Shown here piece after piece: positions 53,809-64,000 of a DNA stretch of 64,000 nucleotides. This stretch comes from Tubulanus polymorphus (Eukaryota; Animalia; Nemertea): the NCBI RefSeq assembly GCF_964204645.1, contig NC_134030.1, forward strand, positions 12,421,947 through 12,485,946. Direction: 5' to 3'. The notes beneath the pieces are model-generated. The model saw only the letters and a list, made by a program, of their open reading frames with translations, had not been told where the DNA came from and did no database searches. Made by a program: the position numbers and the translations under genes. Numbering within the stretch: position 1 is the first letter of the stretch; each line of letters opens with the position of its first letter.

Positions 53809-55470
53809 CTTCTTCTTTGCACGGGCAGTCTAAACTGTTCAACATTTGACACATCGGGTTTTCTTGGGTAGCATGTCCTTCACCTTCAACTGATGATACG
53901 GGTGCATCTGATGCTTGCCTCCTCGATTGTACCGTTGTTTGCGCATGGTCTGGTCCCATTGATGGGACAAAGTCATTTTGTGTTGGTCTTTGTCTATTTT
54001 GTACCGGTGTTCCTTGATTATTTGGTAGAGGTAGGCTTCCCTGGCCATTTGGAAATGGTGGGTGGGATGAACCTTGCCAAGTTGGTGGTGGGGGTCCTAT
54101 TCCATTCGCACCTTGTTGCTGAAAGTTTCCTTGGTGGTGTGCTTGTCCTATCCAGTGATTCAATGGTTGATCCCCCTGTCCATTTGTGGGAGAGGTCCCA
54201 ACACGATGCAGCAAATTCTCTTGTCGAATTGGATGGTGCGGAAAAGGTCCCATTCGTCCACCTGATAGTGGTTTTTCATGTCCAAGAACAGGTTGTATTG
54301 TCCCTTCTCTACTCGGTAATGGTGCGATTCCTTGTCCAGTAAAATAAATGTGTCCTTGCCGGTTCATCGATGCCGCAGTCCCAAATGCAGGTTGGGGGTG
54401 GCTCTGTTCATTCAGGGGAGGTGCGTTTACGACAGGTTGTAATCTTCCTTGTCCATTCAGTTGTGGTGTGATCCTTTGTCCATTAATGGGAGGTCCATTT
54501 AGTGTTGGCGGAACCCCTTGATTTGGGAGAGGTTGCGAAAGTTGCTGTCCATTCAATAGTGGTGGGATACCTTGTCCAGTAGCAGTTTGTGGGTATTGTT
54601 GTCCATTTGATGGTGGTGTGATCACGTGTCCATCGGTTGATGGCCCATTTAGTTTTTGCGCATTCCCTTGGTTTTGGATAGGTTGTGAGCGCTCCTGTTC
54701 ATTCGATGGTGATGTGATACCTCGTACAGTAATAGGTGGCTTACTTAGGGTTGGTCGACTCCTTTGGTTTGGGAGAGGTTGTGAGGCTATTTGTCCATTC
54801 GATGGTGGTGTGATTACTTGTCCAGTACCAGCATGTTTATATTGTTGTGTATTCGGTGGTGGAGAGGTCTTATGTCCTGTTACAGGGTGAGAGTTTCCTT
54901 TTCCATTCGACGGTGGTATGACCCCTTGTTCATTGACGTGTTGTCCATTTAGTGTTGGCGAAATCCCTTGATTAGGGTGAGGCTGCGTCTGTCTATTCGA
55001 TGGTTGTTGTAGTGGATATTTTGAGGCTGGACCATATATATTGTTTATTTCATTGGGCTGCGTCTGGTGGTGTTGTCCATTCGATGTGGTTCGGGCTGGT
55101 CTTGGTCCATTAGAAGATCTTGGTTTATGTCTATTTGGATATGAACTTGACAAATGCGCTTTGTCACGAGTTCCTCTGAGCTGCTGCTTATGTCCATTTA
55201 GTGGCATTGGGGGCCGATGTTCTTTCAGTCGGGTAGTTGACTGCTTACGTAGGTTGAATATACCTTGGCCCTGACCAACCAATCGGCTGTTTTGTGCTTG
55301 ATTCTGATACATATTCATGTTTTTGTAGTGTCGGTTGGGGTTTATTGTGTATTGGTCAGGCGGTCGTCGATTTCGTGGCACCCAATGGTGCTTCGTTTGG
55401 CTGGGGTATTGCCTATAATGATCTCCATGTTGAATCCGTTGACGGTGAAGATTTTTACTATCTATTTTCC
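53809..55470 (-). CDS. Secreted repeat + CUB protein, exon 2 (low-complexity repeat region)
   Basis: Acceptor ATTACAG|; 1662-nt open frame with GxxPPxNG repeats; ends DCPCKEE(A) at GAAG|GTAGTG, phase 1. Confidence 0.8.
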
Positions 55471-55551
55471 CTGTAATAATTTCATTTGAAAAGAAAGCAA
55501 AGACCGTGATGATTTGCAGAGGTATTATGAAGTAACTGATTACAAACTTAC

Positions 55552-55624
55552 CCTTCGCAGCTAACTGGTTCAGCGAAACAAGGATCGTTGTAACCACAAA
55601 AACATGCAGCATCATCTGAGACAT
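55552..55624 (-). CDS. Secreted Q/P/G/N-repeat + CUB protein, exon 1 (signal peptide)
   Basis: MSQMMLHVFVVTTILVSLNQLAAK(G); donor AAGG|GTAAGT, phase 1. Confidence 0.75.
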
Positions 55625-55979
55625 TAAAGGATTATCAGTGGTTCCCTATCAACCCTTGATGAACGATGTTGTATTTTCTGAAAAATCCTCACCTACCTTT
55701 TTACGTAAAAGTCTCCCAAACCAATGATACACATTGCTTGTGGGGTGTATATCGGCAGCTAGGTGTGGGCCGTGCGTACCAGATGTGAATTTCAACAACA
55801 ACACCTCCGCTCTGTTAGAGACGAGGACGAGTAGATAAAAAATGATTCGTCGAGCCAAGTCAAGTGCACCTGTCATCTATAAACACAATTTTAACATTGT
55901 CGATGTATGTATACATGTATATCAAAGAAATCCCACAATGAGATTTCAGAATTTTTTATGATTTTGTTTTGATTGAGGT

Positions 55980-55992
55980 ATGTTTGTATGTA

Positions 55993-56075
<83 letters not shown>

Positions 56076-56090
56076 ATGTATGTATATACA
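55980..56090. repeat. (TG)n-(CGTG)n microsatellite
   Basis: Direct reading. Confidence 0.97.
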
Positions 56091-56750
56091 TTACTTCGTC
56101 GGGGAACAGAATTAGGTGAATGATTCAAAAGGATTTATGCAAGACTTATGCAAGAACAATTGATCAAATACGTCTACCTATTGAGAGGCACAGGCGAAGG
56201 AATACGATTGGTTACTGAACAGCCACGAGCCACATACAACGGCTGAGGGATAGATAGATACGCCAGCGCGCGGTCCTCAGTCTCGTCACTCAAATACGGC
56301 TGTCCATCGCCCGATGGATACATTTCCATGAATGGCGTAAATCCCGCCTGGTTAAACTGCGACATTTCATAGTGACCACACGAGAATATTACTACCTAAT
56401 ACCGGGTATTACTGAGACGGGTTTCAAATGGAACGCAATGACTATTTTGTTGGACCTTTCATTAACATTAAGCCATGAACGCCTTTATCTGAACTTTCTG
56501 TTTACTATCAGTGCATTATTGATCAAATGTCGTTATTTTCATTCGGTTCGAGCGAATTTCATCTATCTGTTCACGATGGCTGTTTCTGGCGGGGTCTTTG
56601 TGCTCAATAGTTTGACTAGAGTTTTTGAGACAAATTTTGTATACACTAAACTTTGATTGTACAATTCATTTGCCAGTGGTTTTGACGGGAAACCAGTGTC
56701 CAATATCTATAAAAAGAATGTGCAAAAAATGTGCGTCGATTGCTCTTTAT

Positions 56751-58124
56751 CTCGAGGCCCTTTATCGCTTCCGTAATTATGAGCACGTTTTGAAATCTAC
56801 GGAAGCGATAAAGGGCCTCGAGATGTCGCGTTCCAACTCGAGAAGTCGTCATATTTATGTCGATATATCGGGACGTTTTGACGACATATTTCGTTTTCTC
56901 GACCACTTTCCTCGCGACAAGTCGACATATTCATGACGATTTGAAATTCAATCGTCATATTACTGGTGTCCTCATCTTACATTTAGACATGTCTTCAAAT
57001 GTACGGAAGCGATAAGTACGGAAGCGATAAGGGGCCTCGAGTTGTCGCGTTCCAACTCGACAAGTCGTCATATTTATGTCGAAATATCGCGATATATCGC
57101 GTCAAGTCGACATGAATATGTCGTCATATCGTGACGTTTTCACGACAAATTTCGCTTTCTCGACCACTTTCCTCGCGACAAGTCGACATATTCACGACGA
57201 CTTGAAACTCAGTCGTCATATTACTGGTGTCCTCATCTTACATTTAGACATGTCTTCAAATGACGGTTTGTCCCGTGGAAAATGGGCGAAAAAGCGAAAT
57301 TTGTCGTGAAAACGTCACGATATATCGACATATTCATGTCGACGTGACGCGATATATCGCGGTATGTCGACATAAATATGACGACTTGTCGAGTTGGAAC
57401 GCGACATCGAGGCCCCTTATCGCTTCCGTAGATAAGGGGCCTCGAGATGTCGCGTTCCAACTCGACAAGTCGCCATATTTATGTCGATATATCGCGATAA
57501 ATTGCGTCAAGTCGACATGAATATGTCGACTTGTCGCGAGGAAAGTCGTCGAGAGAACGAAATATGTCGTCAAAACGTCACGATATATCGACATATTCAT
57601 GTCGACTTGACGTGATATATCGCGGTATGTCGACATAAATATGACGACTTGTCGAGTTGGAACGCGACATCTCAAAGCCCCTTATCGCTTCCGTACCTAA
57701 TCTACGGAGGCGATAAATACGGAAGCGATAAAGGGCCTCGAGTTGTCGCGTTCCAACTCGACAAGTCGCCATATTTATGTCGATATATCGCGATATGTCG
57801 CGTCATGTCGACATGACATATCGTGACGTTTTGACGACATATTTTGTTTTCACGACCATTTTCCTCGCGACAAGTCGACATATTCATGACGACTTGAAAC
57901 TCAGTCGTCATATCACTGGCGTCCTCATCTTACATTTAGACGTGTCTTCAAATGACGGCTTGTCCCGTGGAAAATGGGCGAAAAAGCGAAATTTGTCGTG
58001 AAAACGTCACGATATGTCGACATATTCATGTCGACTTGACGCGATATATCGCGATATATCGACATAAATATGGCGACTTGTCGAGTTGGAACGCGACAAC
58101 TCGAGGCCCTTTATCGCTTCCGAA
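56751..58124. mobile_element. Array of nested/tandem ~400-bp CpG-rich foldback MITEs with TACGG..CCGTA termini (IS3EU-like)
   Basis: TIR TACGGAAGCGATAA(A/G)GGGCCTCGAG at 56798, 57002, 57017, 57703, 57718; reverse ends at 56775, 57430, 57695, 58124; 6-bp GATAAG duplication around 57017-57430. Confidence 0.8.
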
Positions 58125-59105
58125 TGAAATTTCGTTACGGAATTCTCTTTGTTTTGGCGCGCCAAAACGAACTTTCAGAAAAAAATTGGACGTTTTTTTC
58201 GTTTTGGCGTTCTGGCGTTCTGGCGCCCTCATTTACATACCAGGAATTTTACGCTATGGCCCATATCAGCCACCATAAATTACGAATTATCCGATGGTAA
58301 TTAAAGGGAATAACGAAGGAAAAACTCGGGACCTTTAATTTTCATACGAATTAGGTAGTTATACGAATTAATCGACTACGAATTAAGAGAGGTTGACTGT
58401 ATTGATTGGCTGGAATCTAATTAAACAGTTAAAAAACTTCAAAATCTCAAAACTATGCTTCATCATCACGAGGATTTCAGATTCTGGGCCTAACTCTATA
58501 GCTACCAGGTAGTTTCATTTTGAATAAAGGAAATGTGTCTTCGTTGCAATTAGAAACTACATGTACTACCCTATTCCCAAAATTGACCCCTTTCCGAAGC
58601 AAATTTTGTATGGGCGGATTCTTGGTAAGACATTTGGACATATTTTTAGTATTTTGTTGAACTGGCTACGGGCCTGAGTCTTTTGCAAGTACCGGTACAG
58701 ATAATCTTTTTCGATTTTGAAGTAGGATAAAATTTGTTTTCGCACCGGGTTCCTGGTGAGGATGAGCTCCCAGTACAACGTAACACAACTGTAATCAATG
58801 AATTACCCACCGTTAGTCGATTGTTTGACCCCAATGTTTGAGTAGAGTGAGATTCAATGATTCACGGTGTTCAATCCTGGTTTGCGCAAACAGTTCAATT
58901 AGGCTAATTTGATCAATCCGATGATTTATATTTTCAATGAACACGATCGTTAGTCGCACTGATTAGCCATCAGTCTTAACTCTTTGAGTAAGCTAAATGA
59001 TCAAACAATTTGACAAGTGTCGTGATAAAAGATTACCAGAAAGTCTGCCAAGTGTCACAATCATTTCTGTGGTTGTTCCTACGACACCACAGCTTGCAGA
59101 AAACG

Positions 59106-59150
59106 ATGTCTTCAACACGGCGGACCGATGGTGAAGGAAATGCTGATGAG
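59106..59150 (+). CDS. Candidate first coding exon of CCDC14-like gene
   Basis: MSSTRRTDGEGNADE, strong donor GAG|GTAAGA, phase 0, compatible with the exon at 63185. Confidence 0.5.
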
Positions 59151-59959
59151 GTAAGACGCTAAAAAGTAACATGCGAAGCAAACTACTTAAACAAATTGCG
59201 TTACCGGAAAGAATATTTTGACATACAAATGTTGAACACAAATTTCAATTTTGTTATTCTGGTTGATGACGTGACCGCGTGGTGAGCCATTTTTAGACGA
59301 CCGATCCAATTTGTTGAGTTATTTTTCCACTGAGCACTTTGCAGAAAATCACCGTATGTCCTATGTGCATCTGAGAAAAATCAATCTGTCATTAAAACCC
59401 TAGGCCGGGACCCCGGCGTCCGCACCGGAAGGCCTTTGGTCGGGAGCAACTCATTCGATAAATTGAAGATGGGAAGAACCATCAAAACCTGAAACGAGAA
59501 CAGTTTCGCTATATGGATTTTCTATTTCATGCGAAACCCTTGGGTTTAATTCGCTTTTGTGAAAATTCCGGTGACCGCAACGCGACGGGAGGCGTTCAAA
59601 CCCTGGCAAGCGAGGCTGGTAGCCCGAGTAAATATAGAAAATTTAATTGAATGTACAGTGCTGCCGCTTTTTTTCGGTAATAAAGTGTCCTGATCGCGCG
59701 ATGTGGGTATTTAAACAGTAAAAAAATTCGGCGGAGAAATTCGATTCGGTTGTTATTGTAGATTAAAACCATTATGGTGTGTGATATTTATCGGTCTTAT
59801 TCAATAATTGAATGCCAAATATGAACTTGTGTGACTTAATCTCACAGCAGTTTCAATTTTTGAACTAGCTTGCCAATGAATGAAGAAAGAATCAGGCTTA
59901 GGGCTAGGTAGTTAGTTAAGTTACCTACTCGTTGCCGTTGGTGGTAAATTTTTTATAAT

Positions 59960-60524
59960 AGCAGTGGATATTTTACCATGTACGGCTGAATATTTATTTC
60001 TGCTATTTTACCGTACATCGTCGCTGATTGGCTGATTTACGCCGCGCATGCGCACAGAGGTGCGCGACACTTAGAAAATTCAAGGAAAGCGTAGAGTACT
60101 AGTAGAGAACAGAGTTAGATCTACAGACCTCCCTGATTTATAGTATACTGAAATAAACATTTTTGGGAGGGGGGTATGAAAGTGCAATAGCGCCGAGAAA
60201 ATAGAGCGAGACTCGAACCCGGGCCAGTAAATTACTAGCGCAGCGTCATATTTCTTGACCACCGAGCTCGGTGAAAAACCAATCGAATGTTTTAACTATC
60301 TATATTAGTACCTCACCTTCTACCCTAATCCTATCCCTAGGGGTAAAACGGAACCCTCTGGACCCTCTTCTCACCCTCCTCTCGACACTAACCCTATCGA
60401 AACCCTAACCCTAAACCCAATATAATGATTTTATTGTTACACTAGGCCTATAATGTATAGTAACAATGTAGGGTAAAATAGCGGAAGTAAATGCTTTGCC
60501 GTATACGGTTAAATATCCACTTCG
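59960..60524. mobile_element. MULE-like MITE, ~57-bp TIRs, 9-bp TSD TTTTATAAT
   Basis: AGTGGATATTT..ACC...TACA / TGTA..GGT..AAATATCCACT arms; TTTTATAAT at 59951-59959 and 60525-60533; internal tRNA-like head and CCCTAA-like repeats. Confidence 0.75.
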
Positions 60525-60552
60525 TTTTATAATCAGATGGTTACTGACTAAA

Positions 60553-61077
60553 GGCTAATGTCTATTTCAACATGACTTGAGAGCATTCCAGGTGGCCTAA
60601 CTTCCTAATTTTTGGTAGTACATACCTGATAAAGGTCTTAATAGGACCAGAAAGGACAGGCAGTCAACCTAAATCATAATTTTTTAATCCATTTGAAACT
60701 GTATTGAAGGATAGGCCTAACCAAAAAGTCTTCACTGAAAGGGGTTAAATGAAGAGAAGTGACTCCATGATTTGAAAGTTTTAACAATATGTTTCCATGC
60801 CTATGTACCAAACTTCAGTTGGTAGGCGTGGAGATATATTGTTAAACTTTCAAATCATGGAGTCTCTTTTCTCTTAGGAACCCCTCTCAATGCAGACTTT
60901 GGATATCCTTCAATACAGTTTAAAGTGGATTAAAAAACGATATTTTAGGTCGACTGCCTGTCCCTTCTGGTCCTAATGAGACTTTTATCAGGTAGGCATA
61001 TGTACTACTAAAACTGACTTGAGTTAGGCCACCCGGAATGCTCTCAAGTCAGGTTGAAATAGGCCTAGACATAAGCC
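60553..61077. mobile_element. Foldback MITE (GGC..GCC termini, possibly PIF/Harbinger-like), ~250-bp arms
   Basis: Left and right halves are reverse complements along almost the whole length; TSD unclear. Confidence 0.8.
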
Positions 61078-61115
61078 AGACCCACAGGGGCTCGTATCAG
61101 AGTTGTAGGTAATGT

Positions 61116-61620
61116 AAAAACGATAATCTTTTGTTAATCCATACTATAGACATTGGATTAACGGGTCCTCCTAATTACCGAGATGACACAATTTAGGCCT
61201 ACCGAGATGACATGAAGTATAGCTTTTTTTTTTGTTAATTTCTTAACCGTTTTTACACTTGAAATCATATTATATCAGTAATAAATACCTTCTAGAGTCA
61301 TATTTTACATATTTTGCCGGATATTTTGTAGAAAAAATATTGACTTCAAATACATCATCTCGGTTAGCAATAAAATTTCATTGAATTTGATTAATCAACG
61401 ATCTCATCTCTGTAAAGTTAAAAGTTATTTTTCAACAAAAATATCCAACAAAATATGTGAAATATGACTCAAGCAGGTATTATTACTGATATAATATGAT
61501 ATCAAGTGTTAAAATCGATAAGGAATAAATAAATATGTTATATTTCATGTCATCTCTGGTAAATTGCATCATCTCGGTAGGCCTAATAAGGATGACCGGG
61601 ATTAACAGATTATCGTTTTT
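61116..61620. mobile_element. Foldback MITE with ACCGAGATGA subrepeats
   Basis: AAAACGATAATCT..GTTAATCC / GGATTAACAGATTATCGTTTT and extended inverted arms. Confidence 0.7.
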
Positions 61621-62860
61621 AGCCCACTTGGGACTTTAGTCCCAGCGGGCTATTGCGTTCACTTTTCGTCCATCGTTCATCCGTCCGTAGACGGAATCCA
61701 GTTATTTTGGGAAGTTTTGAAGACGCTTCAAGGTAATGTCTTGATATTTGGTTTATAAATGTGTCTACCTAGACATATCTTCAGCCAAAAAACTGGCCCT
61801 CTCCGATTCAAAATGGTCGACTGGCAGCCATTGTTGTTCGTCAAAATCAGCACTTTTTACACTTTTTGAGGGAAATTTTGAAGACGCTTAAATCAATTAC
61901 CTTGATCTTTCATATACATTTGAATCCCCCAAGGGCCCATCACCATTAGAAAAATTGGATCGATCGGACTCAAGATGGCCGTCCTATGACCTTTTTAGTG
62001 CCCAAAAATGTCAATTTTGGCCCAAATTCTGAGTCCTGTAGCTTCCTACTGGTTAGCCATTTCTCATTGCAATTTTTGATGGGTATTCTTTGGAAAGGGT
62101 TGTCTTATACCTGAGCCAGGTATTTTTGATCGGCCAATTGTGACGCAATTGGCGGCCATCTTGGTATCATCAGTGGTAGGTGGGACAAAGTTTTTCCACA
62201 TCATATTGATACCTAAGCATATTTTGTTACCACAATTTATTGCAAAGTTGTAGCTCATGACATCATCAATGATTGTGGTGAGTTTTAAGGACATTAGTTA
62301 TTCTATATGGTCACCAGGGGGTGTTGAATAGTAAATAACTTAGTATTTCCTTATTAGATTGGTACCTAGGCATATTTTGTTACCATGATCAATTGCAAAG
62401 TTGTAGTTTATGACGTTTTCTATGATTATGGTGAGTTTTAAGGTCATTGGGTTTTGAATATGGTCACCAGGGGGCGTTGAATAGTAGAATACTTAGTATT
62501 TCCATATTAAATTGGTAACGAGACATATTTTGTTACCATGATCAATTGCAAAGTTGTAGTTTATGACATTTTCTATGATTATGGTGAGTTTTAAGGTCAT
62601 TGGGTTTTGAATATGGTCACCAGGGGGCGTTGAATAGTAGAATACTTAGTATTTCCATATTAAATTGGTAACGAGACATATTTTGTTAACATGATCAATT
62701 GCAAAGTTGTAGTTTATGACATGTTCTATGATTATTGTGAGTTTTAAGGTCATTGGGTTTTTTATATGGTCACCAGGTGGCGTTGAACATTGAAATTGTT
62801 AGATTGTTGAGCATTGGAAACCACTTCCCAAGTGGGCATGGTGTCCCTGGACCCCTAGTT
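61616..62860 (+). mobile_element. Full-length HINE family A
   Basis: Same 5' hairpin, four 153-bp units (motif at 62312, 62465, 62618, 62771) and 3' end as 29332-30510. Confidence 0.85.
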
Positions 62861-63184
62861 ACATTACCTACAACTCCTGTGTGTAGACCAGAGAGGCCCT
62901 ACCTAGGCCTAGCCAGGCCTGGAGAGTCAGGGAGGTCTTTTCTGACCCCTGCTCCCTTTTTCTTTTTTAATTTTAGAAATAGAAGCTAGCCTATCAACTT
63001 TTTTCTGGAATCTGGCATCTTTTGGGGAATGTTTCAACCCTTTCATTGGGCGATGACTAAATTGTTACTTAAAAGGCATGGGTCCTCACTCCTGACTACA
63101 GGTTGACACCGAAGTTGAATAGAAGTTGAGCGAAAAATTCCATTTTATCTCGTTTAAGAAGATGATTGCTTTTATTTTTTACAG

Positions 63185-63422
63185 GGACCTAAAAAGAAGG
63201 GAAGTAAGATAATCGGCTGCAAATCCAAATCCAGTGGATTAGCAAATTCTACTGGTTGCAATACTGGTAACATCGTAGGTACGAAGAAGAAGTTTAAAGA
63301 AGCCCAATACTCCTTCTATTCGACTGATTCGGAAAATGATGTGGCCAAGGCTCATAAAGATCTAGATCGCTGTGCTAAGATATTATCAGAATTGATGCCA
63401 AAAGAACAAGCTTTTCCAAGAG
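63185..63422 (+). CDS. CCDC14: CCDC14-like coiled-coil protein, internal exon (gene continues beyond window)
   Basis: TTTTACAG| GPKKKGSK...AQYSFYSTDSENDVAKAHKDLDRCAKILSELM..FPR(G) |GTAATT; YSxYSTDSE...LDRCA.IL resembles the conserved CCDC14 N-terminal motif as I recall it. Confidence 0.6.
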
Positions 63423-64000
63423 GTAATTGGTTTATATGCTATTGAGTTTCGTTTCATTTTAGATCTCCAGCGTTGTGCCGTTGACGAACGTCGTTCATTA
63501 GTTGAACACCGTGCAGTGGCGCCTCGGGTGGATGAAAAATGAACTAATCCAGAATTTAAGCCAAAAAATAAATGATCAGAAAAAAAATCGCACCTGCGGA
63601 ATGCATTAATCAATAACTTACAGCAGCAAGAGTGTTAAACATTTTTTAGCCAAATTTGTGTATACCCAAGGGGAATTGAAATTTTTGCCTCTGTAGATCA
63701 AGTTGATTGAATAACTGTGTTAACTTTTGCTGAAATGTTTAACAACTAGGCTACTGGGCACTCCAGATACTATTTAGATGGAGTCTTATTGTCTCATGAG
63801 AAGATCCGTCAATCAAAATATATTTGTAATGAAGCTACCTCTATAGCTTCTATTATAGCAAGAAATAGTGGGTTGACCAGATTCAAGCTGGATAAGTGAC
63901 ATTTCAGCTCAGTTGGATAGAGGGCTTTTGCATTCACTTTTCGTCCACCATCCCTAGTTTGTTAGAATCAAGTCGCCTTGGTAATTTTTAAATGCCTTTT

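Noticed and set aside
53780-55624. 614-aa ORF as a single-exon gene
   Set aside because: Reads through an 81-nt intron and past the donor at 53808; the spliced model gives a complete CUB-like domain
56174-56395. Minus ORF with ALAYLSIP resembling the hAT dimerisation motif
   Set aside because: Lacks the SERxFS signature; may be a 5'-UTR exon or chance
56751-58124. CRISPR-like array, or coding ORFs (RDISR / YRHKY repeats)
   Set aside because: Repeats are inverted arms of one MITE with no unique spacers or cas genes; the ORFs on both strands are by-products of palindromic sequence
63423-63541. Next CCDC14-like exon after a 40-nt intron
   Set aside because: Intron implausibly short and the frame stops soon after; the next exon is probably outside the window

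Overview
AT-rich genomic DNA from an animal, most consistent with a marine invertebrate (inferred from intron-rich genes, a CORE-SINE, Helentron-type elements and mosaic CpG depletion; species not identifiable). Five genes are supported. (1) A single-exon FMRFamide-receptor-like GPCR (15320-16432, +). (2) A complete 9-exon cytosolic glycerol-3-phosphate dehydrogenase, GPD1-like, 350 aa (17228-45303, +). (3) A second peptide-receptor-like GPCR (50431-51396, -) with a decayed paralogous 3' remnant beside it. (4) A 4-exon, 721-aa secreted protein with a long Q/P/G/N-rich repeat region and a divergent C-terminal CUB domain (52382-55624, -). (5) The first two coding exons of a CCDC14-like gene (59106 onward, +). 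The rest is dense with mobile DNA: LINE fragments, a CORE-SINE, Helentron/DINE-1-like elements, and MULE-, hAT-, piggyBac- and Tc1/mariner-type MITEs. The most notable observations are the repeat-plus-CUB secreted protein, a Helentron-like family carrying ~153-bp-spaced CTCF-like motifs plus YY1-like motifs, strongly enriched TAGGCCTA insertions that look like excision footprints, a self-nesting TACGG..CCGTA element array with a 6-bp TSD (IS3EU-like), MULE-like MITEs with tRNA-derived boxes, and an extremely AT-rich island that may be a Polinton/virus-like relic.
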